Positions 1-10,025 of a stretch of DNA of 64,000 nt are shown here, in pieces (position 1 is the stretch's first letter; each line of letters starts with the position of its first letter). The stretch is taken from positions 4,499 through 68,498 of IMG/VR virus record IMGVR_UViG_3300036975_000017, one strand, 5' to 3'. Source of the stretch: a virus. Taxonomy: Duplodnaviria; Caudoviricetes. The notes below the pieces were generated by a model. The model was not told the origin of the DNA. It was given only the letters and a program-made list of their open reading frames with translations, and did not search any database. Made by a program: the position numbers and the translations under genes.

Positions 1-16
1 GCTATCTAGTTGGTCG

Positions 17-1867
17 ATGTCGGCGCGCGCGCCATCTGATTTAGGATATTCTGACGACGGCTTTGAGTTGCCGCCGCTAAACGAGATTGTTCATAAGATT
101 GACATTGATTTAAGTTCAATAGATGCAGGTACAGATAAAAACGGGAACCAGCGCATGATGATTGCGCCGTCGGGGTTACAAGGATGGAACAAAATCCGAA
201 AAGCGACAACCCCAGACAAAATCGCACGCGCGGTAGAAATTATAAAAAACAGTGACGAGCAATGGATTGTATGGTGCTGGTACAATCACGAGCAAGACGA
301 AATCGAAAAAGCGCTTGGCGATGAATGTGTTTCAGTGATGGGTAAGCACTCGCCAGAAGAAAAACGCGACGCTTTTTTGCGCTTCATCAACGGCGATGCG
401 CGCGTTTTGGTGACAAAAGTAAAAATCGCCGGTCACGGAATGAACTTTCAACACTCACATAACATGATGTTCGTGGGGTTGAACTTTTCATACGAACAAT
501 ACTATCAGGCGGTGCGCCGTCAATATCGATATGGACAAAAAAAATCCGTTAATGTTCATATTGTTTTATCAAGCGTCGAAACGGAAATTCTACTACGCAT
601 AAAAGAGAAAGGCGAAAAATCAAACGAAATGCTCGCGCGTTTGATAGGGCATGTTCAAAATAGGCAAAAAGAGGAGTTAGGAACGATGATGACGGCAAAA
701 GACAGTCAGGCGATTGAGCCGTTTATGTCCGAGGGAGATGGGTGGCGGGTTGGATTTGGTGATAATGTTCCGTGGCTGATGCAACAGCCAGATGACAGCA
801 TAGACCTTTTTGTTACGTCGCCGCCGTTTGCAGAAAGCCTGTTCGTATATAATGACACTGAGCTTGATATGTCGAATGCGCGGGATACCTCTGAGTTTCT
901 TGAACATTTTCGCTTCGCCGTAAGAGAAATGTACCGGACGCTAAAGCCGGGGCGATGCGCAGCCATTCATTGTATGGATATTCCGGCCATGCAGGTACGT
1001 GATGGACGGATCGGCCTCAAGGATTTTAGCGGCGATCTAATCCGACTGTTTGAACAAGAAGGTTTTTCGTTTCAGGCGCGGATTGCAATAGATAAAAACC
1101 AGCAAGCACAAAGCATCCGAACACGAACAAGGGCGCTTTCAATGAGTAATGGTCTCGAAAAAGACCGTGCCTATATTCGCCCTGCTTTGCCAGACTATAT
1201 CTTAAAGTTCAGCAAGCCCGGTCAAAACGAACGTCCAATTGCAAACACAGAGGTGTCGCGCGAACTGTGGATTGATTGGGCTGCACCTACGTGGGCCAAT
1301 CCAGGAGATATGTGCTCCGACGCCGGACAGTATCCAACCTGGTACGGTATCGCAGAAGGCGATACCATAAATAGTGTGAGGGTAGCGGAAAAGTATGGCA
1401 TCACCGATGAAGCGCGAAAAAGACTATGGAAAGATGCGCGTGCATCAGAGGATCGACGCCATGTTTGCCCGTTACAGGTTGGCACGATCTTACGGTGCAT
1501 TGTTATGTGGTCACTTCCTGGCGAAGTGGTATGTGATCCGTTTAGTGGTATTGGGTCAACGGGCGTTGTCGCCGTGACAGAAAACCGTCGCTATCTAGGA
1601 TTTGAACTAAAGCCAGAATATCACACTGTTAGTTTGCAAAATCTCGAAATGGCGGCATCAAACAAACACAAAGTTGATTTGTTTAGCATGGATGTTGTTT
1701 CAGAAAAACAAAGCGCGCAAGGCGGCGCAGGTTGGCTAAATAACCCCGGTGAGCTTCAATATTTCAATGATATGAAAGCGCGTTTAGGTATCAATGGTGA
1801 AATTAACCCGGAAGACTACCGCACGCTCGCAGTGGCAGTTAATGCACTAAAGGCACTAGCACAATGA
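17..1867 (+). CDS. Helicase C-terminal domain fused to N4/N6 DNA methyltransferase (may begin upstream of the window)
   Basis: HELICc-like segment (VLVTKVKIAGHGMNFQ, QAVRRQYRYGQ), followed by catalytic TSPPF and later SAM-binding DPFSGIGSTG (beta-class motif order). Confidence 0.85.
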   Translation: MSARAPSDLGYSDDGFELPPLNEIVHKIDIDLSSIDAGTDKNGNQRMMIAPSGLQGWNKIRKATTPDKIARAVEIIKNSDEQWIVWCWYNHEQDEIEKALGDECVSVMGKHSPEEKRDAFLRFINGDARVLVTKVKIAGHGMNFQHSHNMMFVGLNFSYEQYYQAVRRQYRYGQKKSVNVHIVLSSVETEILLRIKEKGEKSNEMLARLIGHVQNRQKEELGTMMTAKDSQAIEPFMSEGDGWRVGFGDNVPWLMQQPDDSIDLFVTSPPFAESLFVYNDTELDMSNARDTSEFLEHFRFAVREMYRTLKPGRCAAIHCMDIPAMQVRDGRIGLKDFSGDLIRLFEQEGFSFQARIAIDKNQQAQSIRTRTRALSMSNGLEKDRAYIRPALPDYILKFSKPGQNERPIANTEVSRELWIDWAAPTWANPGDMCSDAGQYPTWYGIAEGDTINSVRVAEKYGITDEARKRLWKDARASEDRRHVCPLQVGTILRCIVMWSLPGEVVCDPFSGIGSTGVVAVTENRRYLGFELKPEYHTVSLQNLEMAASNKHKVDLFSMDVVSEKQSAQGGAGWLNNPGELQYFNDMKARLGINGEINPEDYRTLAVAVNALKALAQ

Positions 1868-1877
1868 CCAAAATCGA

Positions 1878-2195
1878 ATGGATAGAAAAAACATGCACCT
1901 CCTAACCCTTCTCCGCATCAAAACGTCCTGGCGCGGGCGCGAATGGTACGTTGAATACCTACGCACTGAGCGCTGGCAGCAAAAGCGTCTCGCAGTTCAC
2001 AAGCGCGATGGTCACAAATGCCGGTGTTGCGGTAGATGCGATAGCGCGTTGAATAGCTTCGACGTACACCATATGAGCTATCGATATATCGGACGCGAGC
2101 CGTTGCGTCACTTGGTGACATTGTGCCGTGAGTGTCACGAGGTCGTGACGGAAGTGGAGAAGTGCGGTAGGGCTAAGGTGGTATTTGATGACTAA
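1878..2195 (+). CDS. HNH endonuclease
   Basis: RDGHKCRCCG...DVHHMSY...LVTLCRECH motif. Confidence 0.8.
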   Translation: MDRKNMHLLTLLRIKTSWRGREWYVEYLRTERWQQKRLAVHKRDGHKCRCCGRCDSALNSFDVHHMSYRYIGREPLRHLVTLCRECHEVVTEVEKCGRAKVVFDD

Positions 2196-2373
2196 ATACG
2201 TTGTTGATTTAGGCACGCGCATCATTAAGGTCGTAGACACCGCCGGTAGCACAACCGAGATCAAAGACGCGAGTGAGCTATACGCGATTGCGAACGCGAT
2301 AAAGGCACTGGCATATGAGCAAGAAGAAAAGGAAAGGAGAGGTCAATGGGCATGTTTGACACGATCAGAGTAA
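2185..2373 (+). CDS. Hypothetical protein
   Basis: Overlap-coupled ORF; C-terminus (ELYAIANAIKALA) echoes the end of the MTase ORF (TLAVAVNALKALA). Confidence 0.55.
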   Translation: MMTKYVVDLGTRIIKVVDTAGSTTEIKDASELYAIANAIKALAYEQEEKERRGQWACLTRSE

Positions 2374-2681
2374 AGTTCCCACTTCCGGCGGAACTTCAAG
2401 GCGAGAGTTTCCAGACCAAAAGCCTGTATTGTAAACTCGCCACCTTCGAGATTGGCGAAGACGGCGGTCTGTATAAAACGTCGCGCGTCGAACCAATCCC
2501 AGAAGATGAACGGGCGAAAATGGAACCGCTCGAATGGCTAGGCGAACCGCCGTTTTTACGCACTGTTGAGTGCCGTGAGCTTGTTGAAGATTTTCACGGC
2601 GACATTCTGTTTGGTTACGATCCAACATATCGCGCACGCTTCACGGATGGCGTGTGTCAGTGGATAAAGGAGGCAGAATGA
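2346..2681 (+). CDS. Hypothetical phage protein
   Basis: MGMFDTIRV...FQTKSL...Y.ARFTDG pattern; SD upstream. Confidence 0.65.
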   Translation: MGMFDTIRVKFPLPAELQGESFQTKSLYCKLATFEIGEDGGLYKTSRVEPIPEDERAKMEPLEWLGEPPFLRTVECRELVEDFHGDILFGYDPTYRARFTDGVCQWIKEAE

Positions 2682-3058
2682 AAATGCAAGAGAATCAAAT
2701 GGGCAAGATAGTTTACTTGAAACACGAAGACGGGCGTATGTGTGAACGTTCAGAGGCGAGCGCGCAGGCTGTGATTGATCTTGGCTTTACTGAAATCACG
2801 AAGCGGGAGTACGAAGCAGAAACAGAGAAGCTAAAACACAATGCTGGTATGACGGTAGGGCAATTGATTAAGGCACTTAAAAAATACCCCAAAAAATATC
2901 GCGTGATTACACAGGGCGAGCACGGAGACCCGACACCGCTTGATTGCGCAGAAGAAACGCTTTATCGGCCCGAAGAGGTTTGGTGTGGTGATATTGTTTA
3001 CGAAGAAGACGCCGACGGGGATGAGGAAAAAGTTATCATGCTATGGGGGATTAACTAA
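2678..3058 (+). CDS. Hypothetical protein
   Basis: ATGA-coupled start (MKMQENQ); acidic. Confidence 0.6.
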   Translation: MKMQENQMGKIVYLKHEDGRMCERSEASAQAVIDLGFTEITKREYEAETEKLKHNAGMTVGQLIKALKKYPKKYRVITQGEHGDPTPLDCAEETLYRPEEVWCGDIVYEEDADGDEEKVIMLWGIN

Positions 3059-3705
3059 TGATCTATCTTAAATATCTCAAGACGTTACTTAGGCATAAGT
3101 GGTTTGTTTTCGTCGAGGCGTGCAAGCTGGGCATTCCGTTGCTTGGGGTGCTACATGACCTATCCAAGTTTCTACCGGACGAATTCATACCGTATGCGCG
3201 GTATTTTAACGGTGAATATCCAGACCAAGAAAAAGCCGACTTAATATGGCGACATAGGTACGTGCGTATAACGTTAACGAAGGAAAAGGTTGAACGCGAC
3301 TTTAATCTCGCGTGGCTTAAGCATCAGCGGCGGAATAAACACCACTGGCAGTGGTGGTACTTGATGAACGATGAGCCGGGGGGGCGCTGGACATGGAATA
3401 CCCATTATGGGCACGAGACACATGATCTTTTAGATTACATAGCTATCGACGAAGAAGAAATACTTTGGGCGATAACCAACGAGGACGACATTCCTCACTT
3501 TCGCGCAAAGATCGCCGCACTAATGAACAACGAAGCGCTCCCTATGCCTGACCGCTACCGCCGCGAGATGCTAGCCGACTGGCGCGGCGCGGGGAAGGCT
3601 TATGGCAATGAAAATACATTAGAGTGGTATTATGATACATGTCTGGGGCGTGTATTGCACCCTGATACGCAGGCATGGGTAGAGGAGCAATTAAATGCAG
3701 ATTAA
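3058..3705 (+). CDS. HD-domain-like protein (DUF5662-like)
   Basis: HKWFV...HDLSKF.PDEF...AWLKHQRRNKHHWQWW...EMLADW motifs. Confidence 0.6.
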   Translation: MIYLKYLKTLLRHKWFVFVEACKLGIPLLGVLHDLSKFLPDEFIPYARYFNGEYPDQEKADLIWRHRYVRITLTKEKVERDFNLAWLKHQRRNKHHWQWWYLMNDEPGGRWTWNTHYGHETHDLLDYIAIDEEEILWAITNEDDIPHFRAKIAALMNNEALPMPDRYRREMLADWRGAGKAYGNENTLEWYYDTCLGRVLHPDTQAWVEEQLNAD

Positions 3706-4351
3706 CGTCTTAGATAAAGGCTTCGTTGAACTCCAAGATATGATGGGCGACGACCGCGCCATCGTTAACGCGGCGCGGGTGTCCTACTTGAGCGACAGCA
3801 AAGGCGATGAACGCGATAAGAAGCTACTGCGCTATCTCTACACGCACGACCACGGCACTCCCTTCGAGATGGCGGTATTCAAGTTTCGTGTCAAAGCGCC
3901 GGAGATCGTGTTTCGGCAGTGGGTGCGCCACCGAATAGGCAGCTTCAATGTGCAGTCGCGGCGCTACACGGCGGTGGAGGAAAACGACTTTCACGCGCCG
4001 GTTGCGTGGCGTTTGCAGAGCGAAGTGAATAGGCAGGGGAGTGATGGTATACTTGGCGTTGTCGATAGTTCCATTTTAACCGGAAGACTTTTATACATTT
4101 ACGATGAATGCTGGCAGCGCTATGAAGAAGCGCTAGCACTAGGTGTTGCCCGCGAACAGGCGCGGTTGTTTCTGCCCGGTTTCGCCGTATATTCAACCTT
4201 CGTGTGGACCGTGAACGCGCGTTCGCTGATGAACTTCTTGCGGTTACGGCTGGGGGAAGATGCGCAGTGGGAGATTCAAGAGTACGCCCGCGCGGTGTGG
4301 ACGATCTTCAAGGAACGATTGCCCTGGACGGCGGAAATTTTTAAGGAGTGA
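3695..4351 (+). CDS. thyX: FAD-dependent thymidylate synthase
   Basis: AARVSY, HGTPFE, RHRIGSFNVQSRRY (ThyX RHRx7S motif), NARSLMNFLRLR, AQWEI. Confidence 0.95.
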   Translation: MQINVLDKGFVELQDMMGDDRAIVNAARVSYLSDSKGDERDKKLLRYLYTHDHGTPFEMAVFKFRVKAPEIVFRQWVRHRIGSFNVQSRRYTAVEENDFHAPVAWRLQSEVNRQGSDGILGVVDSSILTGRLLYIYDECWQRYEEALALGVAREQARLFLPGFAVYSTFVWTVNARSLMNFLRLRLGEDAQWEIQEYARAVWTIFKERLPWTAEIFKE

Positions 4352-4526
4352 GATATGTACGTGTTTTTAATTCGACGCTTGCAATTATACGCGATACGTC
4401 ATGGTAAGCGCCGGTTGCTCATCTGGACAAATGAACGCATGGCGCGGATTGTTGAACGCCAATTGACACGCGATGCACAATTATGATACGATGATTTTGA
4501 AGTGGGTTTCTGCATTTTTTCTCCTT

Positions 4527-4561
4527 CACTGAGGGCGGCGCGTGAGTCTACCGCCCTCTTT
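4527..4561 (+). terminator. Putative intrinsic terminator
   Basis: GAGGGCGG-loop-CCGCCCTC followed by TTT. Confidence 0.5.
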
Positions 4562-4589
4562 GACTTTTCTCCACACATTGACATATAAT
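4560..4589 (+). promoter_or_regulatory. Sigma70-type promoter upstream of the packaging genes
   Basis: TTGACT-18 bp-TATAAT. Confidence 0.6.
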
Positions 4590-4661
4590 GAAAATAGTCA
4601 TTGCTCCTTGTTGCAACCCCGGTCTCGCGTGTTGTCGTGGGGCCGGGTCGGGGGACATTTT

Positions 4662-4778
4662 ATGGATTTAGCACTTTTGACCGCTGTTTTTGTCGCCGGT
4701 ATCGGGGTTGGTTTTTGCATCGGCCTGTTGCCCGGTTTTTGGTATTTTTTAAGGAAGCTCGATGAACAAAATAAGTAA
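4662..4778 (+). CDS. Small membrane protein
   Basis: MDLALLTAVFVAGIGVGFCIGLLPGFWYF: one TM helix; start chosen by eye. Confidence 0.45.
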   Translation: MDLALLTAVFVAGIGVGFCIGLLPGFWYFLRKLDEQNK

Positions 4779-4850
4779 GTTATCGTGGTTTGTGTTCGGG
4801 GTGGTTGAAGGCCTCTTGTTTGTGTTGGCGATTTTGCAGATGGGGAGTGT

Positions 4851-5090
4851 ATGAGCGATACCGTTTCGTTTCTTGCGTCGTTTCCGCCTATTCAAAGCGC
4901 CATAAAAATCACAGGCAATGGCGACGGGATGCGAATACAGCTAGACATCCCGGAAAGTGAAATGGCCGAAGCGGCGAAACTCATATTGTATCGCCAGTGT
5001 ATTGTAAGGGTGACGATTCAACCAGAGGATTATCAAGTTGTCAAAGAAGATACGCCTATTAGCGGGCGCAAGGCAAAAAGGCGAGAGTAG
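4851..5090 (+). CDS. Hypothetical protein
   Basis: ORF with SD, directly before TerS. Confidence 0.6.
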   Translation: MSDTVSFLASFPPIQSAIKITGNGDGMRIQLDIPESEMAEAAKLILYRQCIVRVTIQPEDYQVVKEDTPISGRKAKRRE

Positions 5091-5652
5091 CAAGGCCGTT
5101 CAAGCCTGCAATGATTATTTGAGGATGGGGGCAGGGCGGTCAATTGCCGACTTAGTGCGCCACTATCAGGAAACTCCAAAAAACTCCACGCCTACGCAAT
5201 CTTTAGGAACCACCCACAAATGGGCGCAAGCCTATGGTTGGAATGAACGCGCCGAGTCTTACGACGTTCGCATAGAGGAACAAAAGAACAAGCGCGCCGA
5301 AGAAATTATGAATAGCGGCTTGGCCCTTGAACACGAACGCACCGAAAAACTAAAAGACCTTTATGCGCTACTCGAAAAACAACTCTTGGAAACCGATCCC
5401 GTGACGGGCGTTTTACACAATCTTTGGCTGAAAGACTATAAATCAATTGGTCAGGGTGAGGCGCTCGAAATCGAGCGTTTTAACGCGGCGCTTGTCCGTG
5501 AGTTACGCGCCACGCTGGAAGACATAGCGGCGGAAACTGGTGGCCGCGTCAAGAAACAAGAACTCACCGGCAAGGACGGCGCCCCGGTCACCGTGTCATG
5601 GCAAGAAATTGTACGCAATGCGATAGATGAAGGTGAGTCCACCGACGAATGA
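5038..5652 (+). CDS. Terminase small subunit
   Basis: N-terminal HTH-like region, C-terminal KQELTGKDGAPV motif, directly upstream of TerL. Confidence 0.75.
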   Translation: MSKKIRLLAGARQKGESSKAVQACNDYLRMGAGRSIADLVRHYQETPKNSTPTQSLGTTHKWAQAYGWNERAESYDVRIEEQKNKRAEEIMNSGLALEHERTEKLKDLYALLEKQLLETDPVTGVLHNLWLKDYKSIGQGEALEIERFNAALVRELRATLEDIAAETGGRVKKQELTGKDGAPVTVSWQEIVRNAIDEGESTDE

Positions 5653-7058
5653 ACATTACACCAGCCGTCTTTACAGACGCCGCCACGTTCGCCGAAACGT
5701 GGTTAAAAATCCTCAACAAAAAAGACGAACTTGTCCCCCTTTGCATCAATGCGGCACAGCGCCATTACCTCGATAATCGCACCCCCAGAGACCTTGTACT
5801 AAAAGCGCGACAACTTGGCTTTAGTACACTGATCCAAGCAGAGCTATACCGCCAAGCCGTTACCGGCACGGCGCGCACGGCGACGCTCAGCCATAAAGAC
5901 GACAGCACCCAGGCGCTCCGCAGAATGGCGAACCGCTTCTATGAAAATATGCCTGAAAACTTAAGGCCGGCGCGCAAGTATGCCAACGCAAGTCTGGCAA
6001 CCTATCCTGACTTTAATTCCGAAGCTGTCATTGCAACGGCAGGCGGCAAGGGACCGGGGCGCTCGCTTACCACGTCTTTCCAACACTGGTCAGAGGTGGC
6101 GTACTGGACGAATGCAGCGGAGATTATCGCCGGTATCATGCAGGCAGGCTCGCCAAAGTGGATCGTTGCCGAAAGCACGGCGAACGGCGCGCAAGGTTGG
6201 TTTTACGAGCGCTGCATGGAGGCGCTAGACGGTAATACCGATTGGGCGCTGCATTTTTACCCGTGGTGGTGGGACGCGGATTACAGGCTGCCACTTAAAC
6301 CGGGTCAGGCGCTTGTGTACACCGACGAAGAAGCGCGGTTGGTTGAACGCCACAACCTAACGTCCGAACAAATCAACTGGCGGCGCGTGAAGTGGCGGGA
6401 GTTACGCGGCGTTGGCGGAAGCGCAAACCTGTTCCCCCAGGAATACCCGGAAGACCCGCAAACCTGCTTTTTGCAGAGTGGTAATAGTTATTTTGGTGAT
6501 TTGTCAGCGCGCTATGGCGCGCCCTTTAACCCGGACTACGACCCCGACGCGCGATACGGAGCCGGCCTTGACTTTGGACAGACCGAGGACTATACGGTTT
6601 GTACCGTGGTAGACCTGACGCATCAGAGGCAGGTTGAAAAGTTGCGCGTCAACCGTCAGGAGTGGGCAGAGATGCGGCGGCGCGTCCGGGAACTTTGCAT
6701 TAAATGGAATGTCGCGGTAATTGTCCCCGAAGAAAACAGCATGGGCAAAACAAACATTGAAGCGCTCGTGTCTGAATTTCGTGAGCACGGTGTCGATACA
6801 CGCATAGAGCCGTTTCACACAACGAACGCAAGTAAGGCAACGGCGGCGGCGGACTGGCATAAGGCGTTACACGAAGATGGATGGCAGATGCAAGACACAC
6901 CAGAACGTAAAGCTGAGTATCGTGCCTTTGCTGCCTCACAGACCCAAAACGGTACATGGACGCTTGGCGCGGCAAGCGGCGCGCACGACGATATTGTAAT
7001 TGCCGATATACTGGCTTATCACGCGAGGTTATATGCGACAAAGGTATGGATTTTATGA
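5649..7058 (+). CDS. terL: Terminase large subunit
   Basis: KARQLGFST ATPase motif, HWSEVAYW (Walker B-like), ESTANG, nuclease GLDFG..DYT and HDDIVIA. Confidence 0.92.
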   Translation: MNITPAVFTDAATFAETWLKILNKKDELVPLCINAAQRHYLDNRTPRDLVLKARQLGFSTLIQAELYRQAVTGTARTATLSHKDDSTQALRRMANRFYENMPENLRPARKYANASLATYPDFNSEAVIATAGGKGPGRSLTTSFQHWSEVAYWTNAAEIIAGIMQAGSPKWIVAESTANGAQGWFYERCMEALDGNTDWALHFYPWWWDADYRLPLKPGQALVYTDEEARLVERHNLTSEQINWRRVKWRELRGVGGSANLFPQEYPEDPQTCFLQSGNSYFGDLSARYGAPFNPDYDPDARYGAGLDFGQTEDYTVCTVVDLTHQRQVEKLRVNRQEWAEMRRRVRELCIKWNVAVIVPEENSMGKTNIEALVSEFREHGVDTRIEPFHTTNASKATAAADWHKALHEDGWQMQDTPERKAEYRAFAASQTQNGTWTLGAASGAHDDIVIADILAYHARLYATKVWIL

Positions 7059-7282
7059 CATTCAATATTTCAAGGCCGCGCACGATTGAGCTTCGTAGCC
7101 ACGATGATATTATGTACGCTAAATTGATAAATGGCGTGTTGAGTGTGCGCAAGCGCTCACACGGCGAAACGCGCGATCATGTTGTTTCTGTGCTTGACTT
7201 AGTGAGGATGGCATATGGCGAAAAAGCCTACATTTGTTTCGACCAAAAAGAAAAGGACGAAACGCCGCGCGAGGGTGTTTAG
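7055..7282 (+). CDS. Hypothetical protein
   Basis: ATGA-coupled to the TerL stop (MTFNISR). Confidence 0.55.
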   Translation: MTFNISRPRTIELRSHDDIMYAKLINGVLSVRKRSHGETRDHVVSVLDLVRMAYGEKAYICFDQKEKDETPREGV

Positions 7283-7319
7283 GTGGATGCAGCGAAGGTT
7301 TATGAGAAAGGGGCGATGA

Positions 7320-7655
7320 ATGACGCACGTAAAGATTGGTAAGCAGACTGATGGATCAATTACAGATATAGAGGGGGTATGTAAGGATATATCTTTCGAC
7401 CACAAATTCTCCCCTCTTGATTTAAATAGCGTTGATGGTCTCGATTTTGGATCGTGCGGCGAAGAGTTTACCATAACGGTGAAGCGGCGCACCGCTGTGG
7501 CGGTGATCGAAGTTACGAAAATAGAGGATGATTACGCGACAGTCAAAATAACCGGCGATGTTAACAAAGACGATCCACGCATTGAAGAAAAGGTTTTGGA
7601 TTTTCTGGCGCGTGATGCTGTACCGCCGTTTTCGTTTGTAATATTCAATGACTGA
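7320..7655 (+). CDS. Hypothetical protein
   Basis: Co-oriented ORF between TerL and portal. Confidence 0.55.
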   Translation: MTHVKIGKQTDGSITDIEGVCKDISFDHKFSPLDLNSVDGLDFGSCGEEFTITVKRRTAVAVIEVTKIEDDYATVKITGDVNKDDPRIEEKVLDFLARDAVPPFSFVIFND

Positions 7656-7671
7656 GTGAAAGGGGCGGTAG

Positions 7672-7995
7672 GTGAGTAAGGCAGAAGAGCTAAAGCGTCA
7701 AATTGAAGTCTTGCAAAATGAACTTGAGCATGTGCTTATGGAGGGCGAAAAACAAAGGGTAAAGGTCGAGTCATGTTCGGCTGGCGAGCTTGTCGATTTT
7801 TTGAAAGATGTGCCGCGCGAAGCAAAGCTTTGTTTTCATCGGGGAGACTGGGGTATCCATCCCGTGATAAAAGACGTGCGTCAGATTTTTTATTATCACG
7901 AAAAAGATGGCGTTGTTTCAATCAAGGCGACTGCGCCGCGCGGGGTTAATGATATAAAAATTTCTGCAACCGATATGATACGTTGGCGACCATAG
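7672..7995 (+). CDS. Hypothetical protein
   Basis: Co-oriented ORF, GTG start. Confidence 0.55.
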   Translation: MSKAEELKRQIEVLQNELEHVLMEGEKQRVKVESCSAGELVDFLKDVPREAKLCFHRGDWGIHPVIKDVRQIFYYHEKDGVVSIKATAPRGVNDIKISATDMIRWRP

Positions 7996-8057
7996 GTTGA
8001 AGTTGGTGAAATCGATGAAGACGAATAAAGCAAGAGGGTAGAAATGGGAGAAAACAA

Positions 8058-9152
8058 ATGAACATCCTGGTAACCGGCGGCGCGGGCTTCATCGGCTCGC
8101 ATCTGTGCCGAGCGCTTCTTGGGCGTGGTGATACCGTATACTGCATTGACAACTTCGATGATTATTACAATCCGACAATCAAGCGGCGGAACATTGAAGC
8201 GACTTTGGAATTTTGCCGCACCCTAAAAAGCCGAGATACTTTTGTGCCTTATGTGGTGGATATTCTAGAGCCAAGATTTAAAACGCTTTTTAAGAAACAA
8301 CGCCTTGATGTCATCGTACACCTCGCCGCGCTTCCTGGCGTGCGTCGTTCGGTTCAAGAGCCGGCGCGCTATTTTGATGTCAACGCGAAGGGCACGATAG
8401 CGGCGTTAGAATTGGCGCGCAAAACCGGCGCGCGTTTTATTCTCGCATCGTCTTCGTCAGTATACGGCAATTCAACACCCACGCCATTTGCTGAAAACGC
8501 GCCGGCGGATCAACCGCTCGCGCCCTACCCGGCCAGCAAGCGCGCGGCAGAAATGCTGTGTCATTCATACGCGCACTTGCACGACATTGATACAACCGTT
8601 CTACGTTTCTTCAATGTCTACGGTCCGGCGGGGCGACCCGACATGATGCCGATGATGGTACTTGACGCGCTGGCCAAACATAACGGGCACGGGATTAAGT
8701 TGTACAACGATGGTAATATGTGGCGAGATTGGACGTATGTAGATGACATTGTAGCGGGTATTGTAGCGGCGGTTGACGCGCACCTGGCGGGATACGAAAT
8801 CCTCAACCTGGGGTGCGGCGAACCTGAATGCATGAAGGACTTCGTGGCTATCTGCGAGAAATTGGTGGGTGTTCAGCTTGAGTACGAAAACGTCCCTGCC
8901 CCACCGACTGAGATGCAAACAACGTATGCCAACATATCGAAGGCGCGGGATTTATTAGGGTATAATCCGGGTGTGTGTTTGGAGAATGGGTTATGTAAGA
9001 CCTGGGAATGGTACAAAAGCGAGCGACGGCATAGTTTTTCAGCGCGTAAGCGTGTTGAAGACAAAAAGGAAGCGCCGCAGTTTGCGCTGCGAATAGAAGA
9101 CGTGCGTTTTGTCGCGGGGGATGAAAATGCAGAGCAAAAGCGATATTCATAA
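8058..9152 (+). CDS. NAD-dependent nucleotide-sugar epimerase (UDP-glucuronate 4-epimerase-like)
   Basis: GGAGFIGS, HLAALPGVRRS, ASSSSVYG, YPASK, LRFFNVYGPAGRPDM, RDWTYVDD. Confidence 0.9.
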   Translation: MNILVTGGAGFIGSHLCRALLGRGDTVYCIDNFDDYYNPTIKRRNIEATLEFCRTLKSRDTFVPYVVDILEPRFKTLFKKQRLDVIVHLAALPGVRRSVQEPARYFDVNAKGTIAALELARKTGARFILASSSSVYGNSTPTPFAENAPADQPLAPYPASKRAAEMLCHSYAHLHDIDTTVLRFFNVYGPAGRPDMMPMMVLDALAKHNGHGIKLYNDGNMWRDWTYVDDIVAGIVAAVDAHLAGYEILNLGCGEPECMKDFVAICEKLVGVQLEYENVPAPPTEMQTTYANISKARDLLGYNPGVCLENGLCKTWEWYKSERRHSFSARKRVEDKKEAPQFALRIEDVRFVAGDENAEQKRYS

Positions 9153-9369
9153 GCCGCGCACAACTACCGAAACCATCGATGCCTATTTTCATTTTCGTAA
9201 GCTCGCGTTACGACAAAACTTGATTGATATTCACGAAATCACCAACGCGCTTATCGGTTTCTTTGGCTTCGGCCCGAACGAAGCGCGAGAAATTGCAAAT
9301 GGTTGGGGGCGCATAAAGGATGAACAATGGAGCCGAACGGTAGAGAGCCGCGACTCAGCGACGGGATAG
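9109..9369 (+). CDS. Hypothetical protein
   Basis: Overlap-coupled ORF. Confidence 0.5.
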   Translation: MSRGMKMQSKSDIHKPRTTTETIDAYFHFRKLALRQNLIDIHEITNALIGFFGFGPNEAREIANGWGRIKDEQWSRTVESRDSATG

Positions 9370-10025
9370 TCAAGCTAACCGGCGCTGAACCATGTCTATC
9401 ATTCGTTGACCGGATTCGCCTTGACCAACTTACGCAAGACGAGCGGGACAGTCTGGAAGAGGGCGCGCGGGTGTTGAGTTCAAAGTACTTTGTAACACAC
9501 CACAGCATCATGGGTTATGCATACTACCGTAAACGCATTGACAGGCGAAGGCATTTAATAGGCTTCAATAAGTATCAGGCAATAGCGTACTTAGAAGACA
9601 TTGACCTTGATTACCCGTTTTATAAAAACGAATTGGTAAAGACCATTTGCTTTCCAAGACAAGATATTATAAGTTTTAAAATGACGATACATAGTCGATT
9701 TCCTGACGAGCTTAACAAGCTAGCCTCGCTTCAATATCGAGCAATACATTGGTGGTTACAAGAAAAAGGAATAGAGCTTCTTCCAACGACCCGGCTTCAT
9801 TGTTGTGGGTGGCCCCCCAGCAGCTTAGCCTTTCCTATCATACCGCAACTAAGTGCGCCCGTGGAGCCACCATATACAACGCCAGCGCTTGACCGCGAGA
9901 TTATTAACCTGGATTATATAGGGTGGGGAGCGGACGGCAAGCGCTATAAAATGCGCATCGGATTCAGCGCGCGGATCAATACGCTGGTGTATTCAGATGT
10001 GCGCAGGGACGAATTGCACGCTTGA
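9327..10025 (+). CDS. Hypothetical protein
   Basis: 232-aa ORF, no motif recognised. Confidence 0.55.
   Translation: MEPNGREPRLSDGIVKLTGAEPCLSFVDRIRLDQLTQDERDSLEEGARVLSSKYFVTHHSIMGYAYYRKRIDRRRHLIGFNKYQAIAYLEDIDLDYPFYKNELVKTICFPRQDIISFKMTIHSRFPDELNKLASLQYRAIHWWLQEKGIELLPTTRLHCCGWPPSSLAFPIIPQLSAPVEPPYTTPALDREIINLDYIGWGADGKRYKMRIGFSARINTLVYSDVRRDELHA

Noticed and set aside
5649-7058. Intein or intron in TerL, or HNH genes as intron-encoded
   Set aside because: TerL has normal length and contiguous motifs; neither HNH interrupts a split gene.
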